A DNA stretch of 64,000 nt, from positions 6,076 through 70,075 of the forward strand of contig CAXBDI010000003.1 in assembly GCA_963974445.1 (NCBI GenBank). Reading direction: 5' to 3'. Under the pieces are notes generated by a model. The model was not told the origin of the DNA. It did no database searches and saw only the letters and a program-made list of their open reading frames with translations. Positions 41,393 to 50,656 of this stretch are shown here, piece by piece. Made by a program: the position numbers and the translations under genes. Source of the DNA: an uncultured Alphaproteobacteria bacterium. Its GTDB lineage: Bacteria; Pseudomonadota; Alphaproteobacteria; Bin95. How positions within the stretch are numbered: the stretch's first letter is position 1; each line of letters begins with the position of its first letter.

Positions 41393-41701
41393 ATGCTGCA
41401 ACTGCGCCCCAACTGCGAATACTGCGACAAGGATTTGGCGCCGGGCGCGACCGACGCCATGATCTGCAGCTACGAGTGCACGTTCTGCGCCGATTGCGTC
41501 GGTGAGCACTTGCACAATGTCTGCCCCAACTGCGGTGGCGGCTTCTCGATGCGGCCGATCCGGCCGATGAAGGCGCATCGCAGCGGCGTCAGCCGCCGCC
41601 ACCAACCGCCGTCCGAAGACCGCGTGCACCTGAAGCGCGACAAGGCGGATATCGCCGCTTTCGTGGCCGGCCTGAAGGATCTGCCGCCAGCCGAGCGTTA
41701 A
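41393..41701 (+). CDS. DUF1272 cysteine-rich small protein
   Basis: 102 aa with CxxC pairs (CEYC, CTFCADC, CPNC). Confidence 0.6.
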   Translation: MLQLRPNCEYCDKDLAPGATDAMICSYECTFCADCVGEHLHNVCPNCGGGFSMRPIRPMKAHRSGVSRRHQPPSEDRVHLKRDKADIAAFVAGLKDLPPAER

Positions 41702-43449
41702 GCGTCCGCACCGGCGAGGCGCAGGCCCTCGACAAGCCGTGCTGCATCGCTTTCCCGCCGATAGGGATAGTTGACGGCGACAGACGATAGCGAGAAGCCC
41801 GGATAGACGCGGAGAACCGCGGCCAGTGCCGCCTTCGCCTGGGCGCTTTTCCCCATAAGGCCGTAGCACACGGCCAGATAGAGGTGTGGCGGCACGGCAG
41901 CTGGGTTGCGGGCGGCGCACCGCTCCAGCGTCTCCACCGCCTCTGCATAGCGTTCCATCATGGTCAGAGCCTGACCGGCATAGAGTGTGTAGTAGAAGGG
42001 ATGGAAGGGGTTGAGCCGGATTGCCCGTTCGATCAGTGGCGCGACCTGCTCCGGCTCTCCACTGAATTGCAGCAGACCCGCCAGATTGGCATAGGCATCG
42101 GCATTGCCCGGCTCAACCTTGATCCAAGTGCGGATGGCGGCAAAGGCTTTGTCATACTCACGCTTAAACAGCAGGATATTGCCCAGTGCCTCGTAGACCA
42201 GGGGCAAGGATGGGTCCAGCGCCTCGGCCTTTCGCGCCAGGTCGAGGGCCCGGTCCAGCGCCGTTGCTGAACCGAGGAACCATTCGTGCAAGTTCACGAC
42301 TGCTAAACCTGCGTAGGCGGCCGCGTAATTCGGGTCCAAGGCGATTGCCTGTTCGTACAGGCAACGCGCCTTCACATTTCCGTCCTGCGTAAACAGCCGG
42401 TACTGCTCGCGGCCCCGCAGCACACAGTCATAGGCGGCCGGTATCGCGGTCTCCAGCCGCGCGACGGGCTTTGCATCGGCGGGGATCAGGTTGACCGCCA
42501 ATGCCTGGACAATCTGCTCGGTCACATCGTCCTGCACGGCGAAGATGTCGGCCAATTCGCGGTCATAACGGTCGGCCCAGACCGGCAAACCGGAGTGCCC
42601 ATCGACCAATTGCGCCGTAATCCGAACGCGCTCCCCGGCCTTACGAACACTGCCCTCCAGCACGTAACGCACGCCCAGGTCGCGGCAGACATTCTGCGCC
42701 CGGACGGCCTTGCCTTTGTACGTGAAGGTGGAATTGCGCGAGATTACCAACAGTCCGCCGGTCTTCGAGATCTGTGTGATGATGTCCTCGGTGATACCGT
42801 CGGCGAAATAGGTCTGTTCCGGGTCACCGCTACGGTTCTCGAACGGCAGCACGGCGATGGCCGGCGTCTGGCTCGCGGCATCTGGAGCGCTGCGATGCGT
42901 CTCAGAGTGTGGTGTGGGCTGGTGCTGTGCCGCCCAGCGCCAAATGGCGATGCCGCGGGCGATGTTCTTAACCTGGTACTCACCAGCATCCAGCCAGACG
43001 ACATCGAGACGGTCGCGCACCTGACGGTAAGCGTCGTCGGAGATCGCGATCCCGTCCGGGTCTGCAAGGGCCTCAATCCGTGTGGTGACGTTGACGCCAT
43101 CGCCAAAAATATCGTCGCCTTCGACAATAATGTCGCCGATATGGACGCCGATCCGGAAGCGCAGCGCCTGGAACTCCGCAAGGCCCGTATTGCGTTCGAT
43201 CATGCCGGTCTGGATGGCGACGGCGCAGGTGACCGCATCGACCGCCGAGGGGAATTCAAGCAGCAGGCCGTCGCCCATGGTCTTAACCGTGCGGCCGCCA
43301 TGCGAAGCGATCAGCGGATCGATCAACTCGCCACGATGGCCGCGCAGCGCCCGCAACGTTCCGGTCTCATCCGCACCCATTAGGCGCGAATAGCCGACGA
43401 CATCCGCCGACACGATGGCCGCCAGTCTGCGGGTGGTTTCACTCTTCAT
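41698..43449 (-). CDS. Class III adenylate/guanylate cyclase catalytic domain fused to a C-terminal TPR region
   Basis: N-terminal IVSADVVGYSRL...FRIGVHIGD cyclase homology domain. C-terminal tetratricopeptide-like repeats. 583 aa. Confidence 0.75.
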   Translation of the reverse strand: MKSETTRRLAAIVSADVVGYSRLMGADETGTLRALRGHRGELIDPLIASHGGRTVKTMGDGLLLEFPSAVDAVTCAVAIQTGMIERNTGLAEFQALRFRIGVHIGDIIVEGDDIFGDGVNVTTRIEALADPDGIAISDDAYRQVRDRLDVVWLDAGEYQVKNIARGIAIWRWAAQHQPTPHSETHRSAPDAASQTPAIAVLPFENRSGDPEQTYFADGITEDIITQISKTGGLLVISRNSTFTYKGKAVRAQNVCRDLGVRYVLEGSVRKAGERVRITAQLVDGHSGLPVWADRYDRELADIFAVQDDVTEQIVQALAVNLIPADAKPVARLETAIPAAYDCVLRGREQYRLFTQDGNVKARCLYEQAIALDPNYAAAYAGLAVVNLHEWFLGSATALDRALDLARKAEALDPSLPLVYEALGNILLFKREYDKAFAAIRTWIKVEPGNADAYANLAGLLQFSGEPEQVAPLIERAIRLNPFHPFYYTLYAGQALTMMERYAEAVETLERCAARNPAAVPPHLYLAVCYGLMGKSAQAKAALAAVLRVYPGFSLSSVAVNYPYRRESDAARLVEGLRLAGADA

Positions 43450-43556
43450 GGCTGAATCCTAGCGCACCGCCGGAGCCAGCACCACCGGGCTAGTCCAGAG
43501 TGAGATGGCCGCCCTCCGGCCAGGCAATCCGCGCCGGTGGCGACCACCAGCGACGC

Positions 43557-44660
43557 CTACTCCGCCGCGACCGCCTTGTTCGACGGGTCGAGGTGGGCGA
43601 CCTTGGGGCCGACCTCATTTTTGAGCATCGTCAGCGAGTTGCGCCAGACGTCCGGTTGGTCGGCGTAGTCGAAGCCGAACACCAGCAATTGGCCGAAACC
43701 GCCGACATCCGCGTAGACCTTCTCGATCTTCTCCGCGACGGTCGCCGGTGAGCCGATCAGCCAGTTGTGCTTGGCGCAGTATTCCGCCGTCACGTCGCTA
43801 TCCGGCACGGACGGGTCGTGCTTCAGGTATTCCAGGAAGCCGAACTGGCCCAGCAGCGGCAGGAAGTATTCCCGCATCATCCGGCCCATCGGCCCGTTGA
43901 CCGAAAGCTCCCAAGCCTGCTCATCGGTTTCGGCCACAAAGATTTCGCGGACCATGCGCCACTCGCCGCGGTCCGGGGTGCGGCCCGACTTGCGCGCGCC
44001 TTCCTCCACCGCCGCCCAGTGGCTGCCGACATAGGCCGGGTTCAGGTTCAGGCTCATCGGCATATAGCCGAATTCGCCCGCCATCTTCAGCGTGTCGGAG
44101 TTGGCGGAGAGGCCCGCGACGCCAATCGGCGGGTGCGGTGACTGCACCGGCTTCAGATGCGGGCGCAAGAAGCCGAACATCTCGTCGCCCTTGGTCACAT
44201 GCCAGTACTTGCCTTTGTAGTCGAATTTCTCTTCCGACCACATCTTCAGGATGATGTCCAGCGCCTCGCGGGTCATCTCGCGGTTCTGGCCGCTCATGCC
44301 GTCGACGTTGAACATCTGCCAGTCGCTGGGCAAACCGGAGGCGGCGATGCCGAAATTCAGCCGGCCTTCCGAGAGATGGTCGAGCATGGCGACGCGGTTC
44401 GCCAACTCCGCCGGGTGGTGATAGGGCAGCAGGAAGCCGCCTGGGCCGATGCGGATGTTCTTGGTCTCTTTGAGAGACTGGGCGATCAGCAGGTCCGGGC
44501 TCGGGTGCGGTTCCCAGGGTGCTGTGTGGTGTTCGCCGATCCAGATTTCCTCGTAGCCGAGCTCGTCGAGCCAGCGGAAGGTCATCAGGTCGAAGTCGTG
44601 GCCTGCCTTCAAGCCGCGCTCCGGCGGGTGGGACGGCATGGTGAAAAATCCGAACTTCAT
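43557..44660 (-). CDS. LLM-class flavin-dependent monooxygenase / oxidoreductase (third paralog)
   Basis: MKFGFF N-terminus, luciferase-like TIM-barrel pattern, 367 aa. Confidence 0.75.
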   Translation of the reverse strand: MKFGFFTMPSHPPERGLKAGHDFDLMTFRWLDELGYEEIWIGEHHTAPWEPHPSPDLLIAQSLKETKNIRIGPGGFLLPYHHPAELANRVAMLDHLSEGRLNFGIAASGLPSDWQMFNVDGMSGQNREMTREALDIILKMWSEEKFDYKGKYWHVTKGDEMFGFLRPHLKPVQSPHPPIGVAGLSANSDTLKMAGEFGYMPMSLNLNPAYVGSHWAAVEEGARKSGRTPDRGEWRMVREIFVAETDEQAWELSVNGPMGRMMREYFLPLLGQFGFLEYLKHDPSVPDSDVTAEYCAKHNWLIGSPATVAEKIEKVYADVGGFGQLLVFGFDYADQPDVWRNSLTMLKNEVGPKVAHLDPSNKAVAAE

Positions 44661-44807
44661 GGGCGTGTTCCTCCGTTGGTTGCGCTGGGCTAGCCTAATT
44701 CAGCCGGGCGGAAGGTGCTAGTGCGAACCTTAAGGCCCGGTGACCATTGCGCCGGGTGGCGATTTGCCGGACGATACGGCACGCAAACGCCAATACGAGG
44801 ATTGGAC

Positions 44808-45185
44808 ATGACCGACAAACGCCAGGCAGGCCGCGACTATCTCCGCAAGAACTTGGGCGAGGCCTATTTCGAGAAGCGCGAGGCGAGCACCAATGCCTTC
44901 AACGCACCGCTGCGGGCCTTTTCGGAGGAGTACGCCTTCGGCAATATCTGGTTGCGGCCCGGGCTGGAACCGAAAACCCGCAGCATGCTGTGTCTGGTGA
45001 TGCTGACGGCGTTGAACCGGCCGCATGAAATCCGCATCCACGTGAACTCGGCCCTGAACAACGGCTGTTCGGTGGAGGAAATCCAGGAAGTGCTGCTGCA
45101 AACCTCGCTCTATTGCGGACTGCCGGCGGCGATCGACAGCTTTGCCGTCGCCGAAGAAGTGCTGCGCGAGCGTGGATTGCTTTAG
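44808..45185 (+). CDS. Carboxymuconolactone decarboxylase (CMD/AhpD-like) family protein
   Basis: 125 aa. RBS GAGGA. CMD-like helical core (WLRPGL...SLYCGLP). Confidence 0.65.
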   Translation: MTDKRQAGRDYLRKNLGEAYFEKREASTNAFNAPLRAFSEEYAFGNIWLRPGLEPKTRSMLCLVMLTALNRPHEIRIHVNSALNNGCSVEEIQEVLLQTSLYCGLPAAIDSFAVAEEVLRERGLL

Positions 45186-45208
45186 GTGCGCCAGAAGGAG
45201 TCTCTCTC

Positions 45209-45514
45209 ATGACAGCCTATCTCATCGTCCGCGCCGAGGTGCCGCAGGCGGATCGCACCGCCTTCGACAAATGGTACGAGGCGGAGCACTTGCCCGACGC
45301 CAAGCAGGCTTTCCAGGTGCAGGAGGCCCAGCGCGGCTGGAGCGACGTGACGCCTGGCGTTCACATCGCGCTCTACACCTTCCCGTCTCTGGCGCGCGCC
45401 CGGGAGGTGCAAGCCTCCCAGGATATCAAAGACCTGATCGCCGAGTTCGACCGGGTCTGGCAAGGCCGCGTCACCCGCACCCGCGAGGTGATCGAGGTGA
45501 AGCAGCGGTTGTAG
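45209..45514 (+). CDS. Small dimeric alpha/beta-barrel (ABM/Dabb-like) protein
   Basis: 101 aa. RBS GAAGGAG. 24 nt downstream of the CMD gene. Confidence 0.45.
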   Translation: MTAYLIVRAEVPQADRTAFDKWYEAEHLPDAKQAFQVQEAQRGWSDVTPGVHIALYTFPSLARAREVQASQDIKDLIAEFDRVWQGRVTRTREVIEVKQRL

Positions 45515-45534
45515 GGGATACAAACGCTCTCACT

Positions 45535-45645
45535 TTCCCCGGACGTGGTCCGGGGGCCATGCCAGAGAGCCAATAATGAAGGTCCGAGGCTGTGAGAAAC
45601 TCTCCGGCATGGGTCCTGAATCAAGTTCAGGACAAGGGAGAAGAC
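45535..45645. repeat. Bipartite palindromic intergenic repeat, copy D
   Basis: ccccggacgtggtccgggggccatgccagagagcc ...loop... ctctccggcatgggtcctgaatcaagttcaggac. Confidence 0.65.
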
Positions 45646-45703
45646 TGGGATTTCGGACGGCACATGTCATATCGGACTAGCTGAAGTGTGCCCTTCACCA
45701 GCC

Positions 45704-46468
45704 TCAGCCGCCCTTCTTCTTCGCCATGAAGCCGTCGATGAAGGCTTGCGGCTCGCCGTTGGCGAAGGCTGCCTGCTGGCCGAGGACGCCGGCGCGGAAG
45801 GCCTCTTCGAAGCCTTGCAGGGCCACTTCGCGGAAGCGCTTTTTCGTGCGAGCCCAAGCGGTCGGGTATTTGCCGGCCAGATGTTCGGCCAACTCGCAGG
45901 CGGTGGCGATGACTTGGTCCGGGGCGACGACGCGGTTAAACAGGCCATGCCGCTCCGCCTCGTCGGCCAGCATCATCCGGCCGGTCATCGAAAGCTCCTG
46001 GTTCAGCGACCAGCCGAGATGCAGGCTGATCCAGTAGCTGCCCATGACGCTGGGAATGCCGGCGTTGATTTCCGGCTGGCCGACGCGCACGCCCGCATGC
46101 GCCACTCGCAGGTCAGAGACCAGGGCGATCTGGAATCCACCGCCGGTGGCGACGCCGTTCAGCGCCGCAATCACCGGTTTCTCGGTCAGCAGGATCTGCT
46201 TGTAGACGTTACAGACCGTGCCGAACCAGTCCTCAATCTCGTGCACCTGCACGCCGCGCGCCTCGCCCAGGTCGACGCCGGCGCAGAATGCGCGCTCGCC
46301 AGCGCCGGTCAGCACGATGCCCTTGACGCTGGCGTCCGCATCCAAAGCGATCAGCGTCTCGGCGATGCCGCTGGCGAGGTCGCGGGTCAGTGCGTTCAGT
46401 GCATCGGGGCGGTTGAATATCAGCAGCGCGATGTCGCCGCACTTCTCGACTTTGACCATTTCCGTCAT
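45704..46468 (-). CDS. Enoyl-CoA hydratase/isomerase (crotonase) family protein
   Basis: 254 aa from ATG 46468 (RBS GGAG). Crotonase fold motifs. Start overlaps the amidase stop by 4 nt. Confidence 0.8.
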   Translation of the reverse strand: MTEMVKVEKCGDIALLIFNRPDALNALTRDLASGIAETLIALDADASVKGIVLTGAGERAFCAGVDLGEARGVQVHEIEDWFGTVCNVYKQILLTEKPVIAALNGVATGGGFQIALVSDLRVAHAGVRVGQPEINAGIPSVMGSYWISLHLGWSLNQELSMTGRMMLADEAERHGLFNRVVAPDQVIATACELAEHLAGKYPTAWARTKKRFREVALQGFEEAFRAGVLGQQAAFANGEPQAFIDGFMAKKKGG

Positions 46469-47898
46469 ACCGGCAGCTCCGGTGCTTTGGCGGCAAAGTC
46501 CGTGGCGGCTTCGTAGGCCGCGCCGGCGCGGTAGAGCGTCGCCTCGGCAAATGGCTTGCCGATGAGCTGCATCGATGCGGGACAGCCGTTGGCGGTGAAG
46601 CCGGCGGGCAGGCTCAACGCCGGCAGGGTCAGATAGTTGAACGGGCGGGTGCAGCGGCTGACGCGCGCCAGCAAGGCGGCGAAGCCCTGGCGGTCGCTCA
46701 TGTCGGTCTCCTCGATGGTCGGGATCGGCATGTCGAAGGTCGGCGCGTGCAGCACGTCGCAGTCGGCAAACGCGGCGGCGCAGAATTCGCGCACCATGCG
46801 GGGGCGGCTTTGCAGGGCTGCGAGGTAGTCGGTGGCGCTGACGGCGAAACCGGCCTCCAGGCGGGCGCGGGGTTGGGCGCCGTAGTCCTGCGGGCGGGTG
46901 CGCAGCCAATGGCCGTGCAGCGTCGCGCCTTCGCTGGCGGTGATGAGGTTGGCCAGATCGGTGTTCGGTTCCGGGTCGGCGATATCGACCGGCACGATGA
47001 CCGCGCCCAAGTCCTGGAGCACGCGGAGCGAGGCGTCGATCAACGGCTCCACCTCCGGATCGAGTGAGGCGCGGTAGTAGGTCTGCGGCACGCCGATGCG
47101 CAGGCCCTTGATATCCGGCTCCACGCAGGCGGTCTCGAAGTCGGGCACCGGGCGCTGGCTGCAGGTTGGATCGTGCGGGTCGGCGCCGCTGATCACCCCA
47201 TAGATGCGGGCGTTGTCACGCACCGTCCGGGTCAAGGGGCCGAGGCCGTCATGGGTGAACGACAGGCCCATGGCGCCATAGCGGCTGACCCGGCCATAGG
47301 TTGGCTTGATGCCGACGACGCCGTTCGCGCCGGCCGGCAACCGCACGCTGCCGCCGGTGTCGGAGCCCATGGCGCCGAATGTCAGGCGCGCCGCGGTCGC
47401 CGCACCCGAGCCACTGGAGGAGCCGCCGGTGATGTGCGCCGGGTTCCAGGGGTTGCGGCAGGCGCCCCAGTGGACGTTGTGGCCGGTGGGGCCCAGCGCG
47501 AACTCCGACATATTCAGGCCGCCCAGATAGACCGCACCTGCCGCGTCCAGGCGCTGCATCACGGTGCCGGTATAGTCGGGGCGAAAGTTGCGGCGAATCT
47601 TCGAACCACAGGTCGCCAACTGCCCGGCGCGGTAGAACATGTCTTTATGTGCCATCGGCACCCCGGCGAGGGGGCCGAGCGCGTCGCCGCGCGCCCTGGC
47701 GGCATCGGCGGCATCGGCCATTTGCAGGGCCAGGTCGGCCTCCAGATGGATGAAGGCGTTGATGACCGGCTGCCAGACCTCGATGCGGGCGAGACAGGAT
47801 TGGGTCAGTTCCCGCGAAGAAACCTCGCCGCTGGCAAACGCGCCGGCGGCTTCGACCAGTGTCCAGAGGGCCGGGTCGCTGGCGGCGGCGTCACTCAT
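46465..47898 (-). CDS. Amidase-signature family amidase
   Basis: GGSSSGSGAATAA amidase signature. ATG 47898 has a GGAGG RBS at 9 nt spacing. Confidence 0.8.
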   Translation of the reverse strand: MSDAAASDPALWTLVEAAGAFASGEVSSRELTQSCLARIEVWQPVINAFIHLEADLALQMADAADAARARGDALGPLAGVPMAHKDMFYRAGQLATCGSKIRRNFRPDYTGTVMQRLDAAGAVYLGGLNMSEFALGPTGHNVHWGACRNPWNPAHITGGSSSGSGAATAARLTFGAMGSDTGGSVRLPAGANGVVGIKPTYGRVSRYGAMGLSFTHDGLGPLTRTVRDNARIYGVISGADPHDPTCSQRPVPDFETACVEPDIKGLRIGVPQTYYRASLDPEVEPLIDASLRVLQDLGAVIVPVDIADPEPNTDLANLITASEGATLHGHWLRTRPQDYGAQPRARLEAGFAVSATDYLAALQSRPRMVREFCAAAFADCDVLHAPTFDMPIPTIEETDMSDRQGFAALLARVSRCTRPFNYLTLPALSLPAGFTANGCPASMQLIGKPFAEATLYRAGAAYEAATDFAAKAPELPV

Positions 47899-48154
47899 CC
47901 GCCACATCCTCCATCGCCGGAAAGATTTGCGCAGGCTCGGTGTCGAACAGGGAGCCGGGCGCCAACCGCTCCAGGCTCGCCTTGGCGCGTTCCAACATCC
48001 GCACCGCTCGGTCGGCGCTGTCGGCGCCACCCGGATAGCCCTGGCCATTGACCAGCCAAGCCTGCATTTGATCTCTATCAATCATCATTCTCTCTCCTAG
48101 CGACTATGCTGACAGTCTAGGCCGAGTTTAAGCGCCAAGCCAGGAGGCAACGTC

Positions 48155-48958
48155 ATGACAGAATCGCCGCTTTCGAAGGTTCCGATCCCAGCCTCGGGCT
48201 CCGCCGGCCTGCCCATCCGCAGCGTGCCGTTCGACGCCCCCTGGCAGTGGCTGACCGATGGCTGGCGCGATCTGCGGCGGGTGTGGCCGCTGTCGCTATC
48301 CTACGGCGCGGTGTTCGCGGTGGCGGCGCTGGCGCTGCTGGTCGGCCTGTTCATTCAGGGCGCCCAGGCGGTGATCCTGACGCTGGCCGCGGGTTTTCTG
48401 TTGCTGGGGCCCTTGCTGGCCCTCGGTCTCTATGAGGCGAGCCGCCGGTTGGCCGCGGGCGAACCGGTCGATGCCTGGAGAATAGTGTTCGTTCGCACCG
48501 CCTCACCCATGCAGATGGCGTATCTGGGCCTTGTGCTGATGTTGCTGTTTATGTTCTGGCTACGGCTGGCGACATTGTTGTTCGCGCTGTTTTTCGGCCA
48601 CCAGGCGTTTCCGCCGCTTGCTGACCTAGTCCCGACGCTGTTGCTGACGGCGCATGGCCTCGGCCTGTTGGTCGTCGGTACGGCCATCGGCGCGGTTCTG
48701 GCCATCACCGCCTTCGCCCTGTCTGCGGTCAGCGTCCCGTTGCTGATGGCCCGCGATATCGACTTTTTCACGGCGGTCGCCACCAGCATCAAGGCTTTGG
48801 TCGAGAACCCGCGGGCGATGCTGCTGTGGGCGGGATTGATCGCGGCACTGATGGCGCTCGGCATGGTGACGATGTTTGTCGGGCTGATTGTCATATTTCC
48901 GCTGATCGGCCACGCCACGTGGCACGCCTATCAGGATGTGGTTGAATCGGACGACTAG
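48155..48958 (+). CDS. DUF2189-like polytopic membrane protein
   Basis: 267 aa with about six hydrophobic helices. Confidence 0.5.
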   Translation: MTESPLSKVPIPASGSAGLPIRSVPFDAPWQWLTDGWRDLRRVWPLSLSYGAVFAVAALALLVGLFIQGAQAVILTLAAGFLLLGPLLALGLYEASRRLAAGEPVDAWRIVFVRTASPMQMAYLGLVLMLLFMFWLRLATLLFALFFGHQAFPPLADLVPTLLLTAHGLGLLVVGTAIGAVLAITAFALSAVSVPLLMARDIDFFTAVATSIKALVENPRAMLLWAGLIAALMALGMVTMFVGLIVIFPLIGHATWHAYQDVVESDD

Positions 48959-49085
48959 CGCGGCGCCATGCCGAGCGCCGATGGTTGACTGGATTGTTAC
49001 AGAAGTGTGACAAAAATCTCTGTACATTGCGTCAAAATGGCATAACCTGTCTCCACTGACCGCACCGAACGATGGAGACATAGAT

Positions 49086-49265
49086 ATGCAATCGCCCACG
49101 ATCCTATGGATGGCCTCCAGCCCTCGGCGGCAGGTCTTGACCCGCACGCGGAAGTCTGAAGAGCGGCGGCAAGAGGGGTCGCGCCGGACAGCGGTGTGGT
49201 TCGTCGCGCTCACGGCGGCAGCGACTGCGGCATTGGCTATGCTCGGGCAGTTCCCGACGGCGTAG
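49086..49265 (+). CDS. Candidate small tail-anchored membrane protein (59 aa), absent from the ORF track
   Basis: ATG preceded by GGAGA at 6-7 nt. Sits in an AT-rich island (48990-49085). Arg-rich N-terminus then a single C-terminal TM helix (TAVWFVALTAAATAALAMLGQF). Confidence 0.35.
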   Translation: MQSPTILWMASSPRRQVLTRTRKSEERRQEGSRRTAVWFVALTAAATAALAMLGQFPTA

Positions 49266-49282
49266 AGGGCCGGGCGATCGCG

Positions 49283-49373
49283 GTTCCAGATCGAGTTCGA
49301 AACCTTCATGACCGTTGACGAAGCCTAAGCGCGCATAAAAACGGTGCGCGTTCCTACGGGTTTTGTCCGAGGT
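49283..49373 (-). pseudogene. Remnant of a GNAT acetyltransferase C-terminus (..RRNAHRFYARLGFV..GFELDL)
   Basis: Sits inside ORF 49104..49418. It carries only the GNAT motif-B-like C-terminal segment, with no N-terminal half upstream. Confidence 0.3.
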
Positions 49374-49580
49374 CAATTGCGCCAGAGAGGGACCGCGCTC
49401 CGATGCGGCGACGCGCACCGCTGCGGTCTGGCCACCGCCAGCAATTGGTTCAATTGGTTCGGGTCGGCATCGACGGCCTGAAAGGCCGCCGGATGCCGCG
49501 AATCCAGCGGCAAGCTTGGCTGCTCGCGGCCTCGGCCCAAATCGTTGGCGGTGGCGGGGCGGAAGCGCGCCGGCATAGCG

Positions 49581-50558
49581 CTAGACGTGCAATTGATAGC
49601 TGACAGCGCTCCAGCGGAAGCCGCCACCGCTCATCGGCTGGACAAAGCCGACGGCGGGGAATGGCATATGATAACCGGTGGCCGGAATACCGTCGGCGGC
49701 GGCCATGCCCAGCAGTTTCTTGCGGGTCGCGACCGCGCCCTCCTTATCCATGTCGAAGCGCACGTGCCAGTCCGGCTTTTGCAGGCTGACGATGTAGTGG
49801 TTGCAGACGTCGGCGAACAGCAGCAGGCGCTTGCCCTCGCTTTCGATGTGAAAGGCCATATGGCCCGGCGTATGGCCGAAGGCCGCGACGGATGTTATGC
49901 CGCCCGCGACGCTGCCCTCGTCGCCGAGGAAGCTCATCTTATCGGCGAGAGGCACGACATTCGACTGCACCAGCTTGCCGACGCGGTTCTCCGCCATATC
50001 CGGCTTGGACCAGAAGTCGTACTCGGCCTGGCCGGTCACATAGCGGGCGTTCGGGAAGGCCGGTTTGCCGCCTTCCATCAGGCCGCCGATGTGATCGGGG
50101 TGCATGTGGGTGAGGACGACGATGTCGATCTGGTCCGCGCCATAGCCCGCGTTTGCGAGGCGGGCGACGAGGGCGCCTGCGTTCGGGCGGCGGCCTGCGC
50201 CGTTGCCGGTGTCGAACAGCACCAACTCGCCGCCGGTGTTGACGATCACCGGCGTAAACCCGATTTCCATGCGGGTTGGCGGCAGGTTGTTGGCCGCTGC
50301 GTATTCCTGCACCGTCTCCGCCGTCTGGTTCTCGCCGAAGATCGGATGGGGTCCGTCGAGGGCGATAGCGCCGTCGTGGATCGTCGTGACTTCGAACTTG
50401 CCGAGCGGGAAGCGGTAGACCGATGGACGAGTCGGCCCCAGCATCGGCGCGGCGGCGCTGGCGGTGTTCAAAACGGCACTGCCCAGCATCGGTGCGGCGG
50501 CGGCGAGGCCGGCAGCAGCGCCCAGCGCACCGCGGCGGGTGAGATGTGAGGTGGTCAT
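49581..50558 (-). CDS. MBL-fold metallo-hydrolase with Tat-type signal
   Basis: HMHPDHIGG metallo-beta-lactamase motif. RRGALGAAAGLAAAA twin-arginine signal. RBS AGGGAGA. Confidence 0.8.
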   Translation of the reverse strand: MTTSHLTRRGALGAAAGLAAAAPMLGSAVLNTASAAAPMLGPTRPSVYRFPLGKFEVTTIHDGAIALDGPHPIFGENQTAETVQEYAAANNLPPTRMEIGFTPVIVNTGGELVLFDTGNGAGRRPNAGALVARLANAGYGADQIDIVVLTHMHPDHIGGLMEGGKPAFPNARYVTGQAEYDFWSKPDMAENRVGKLVQSNVVPLADKMSFLGDEGSVAGGITSVAAFGHTPGHMAFHIESEGKRLLLFADVCNHYIVSLQKPDWHVRFDMDKEGAVATRKKLLGMAAADGIPATGYHMPFPAVGFVQPMSGGGFRWSAVSYQLHV

Positions 50559-50656
50559 GCGGATATCTCCCTTGGGTGCGAGCATGGACGAGGTTGCTTA
50601 TTCGAAGCCGAACCCGCAACCAAATCAACCGGTCATTGCGACCGTGTCTTGCAGGA

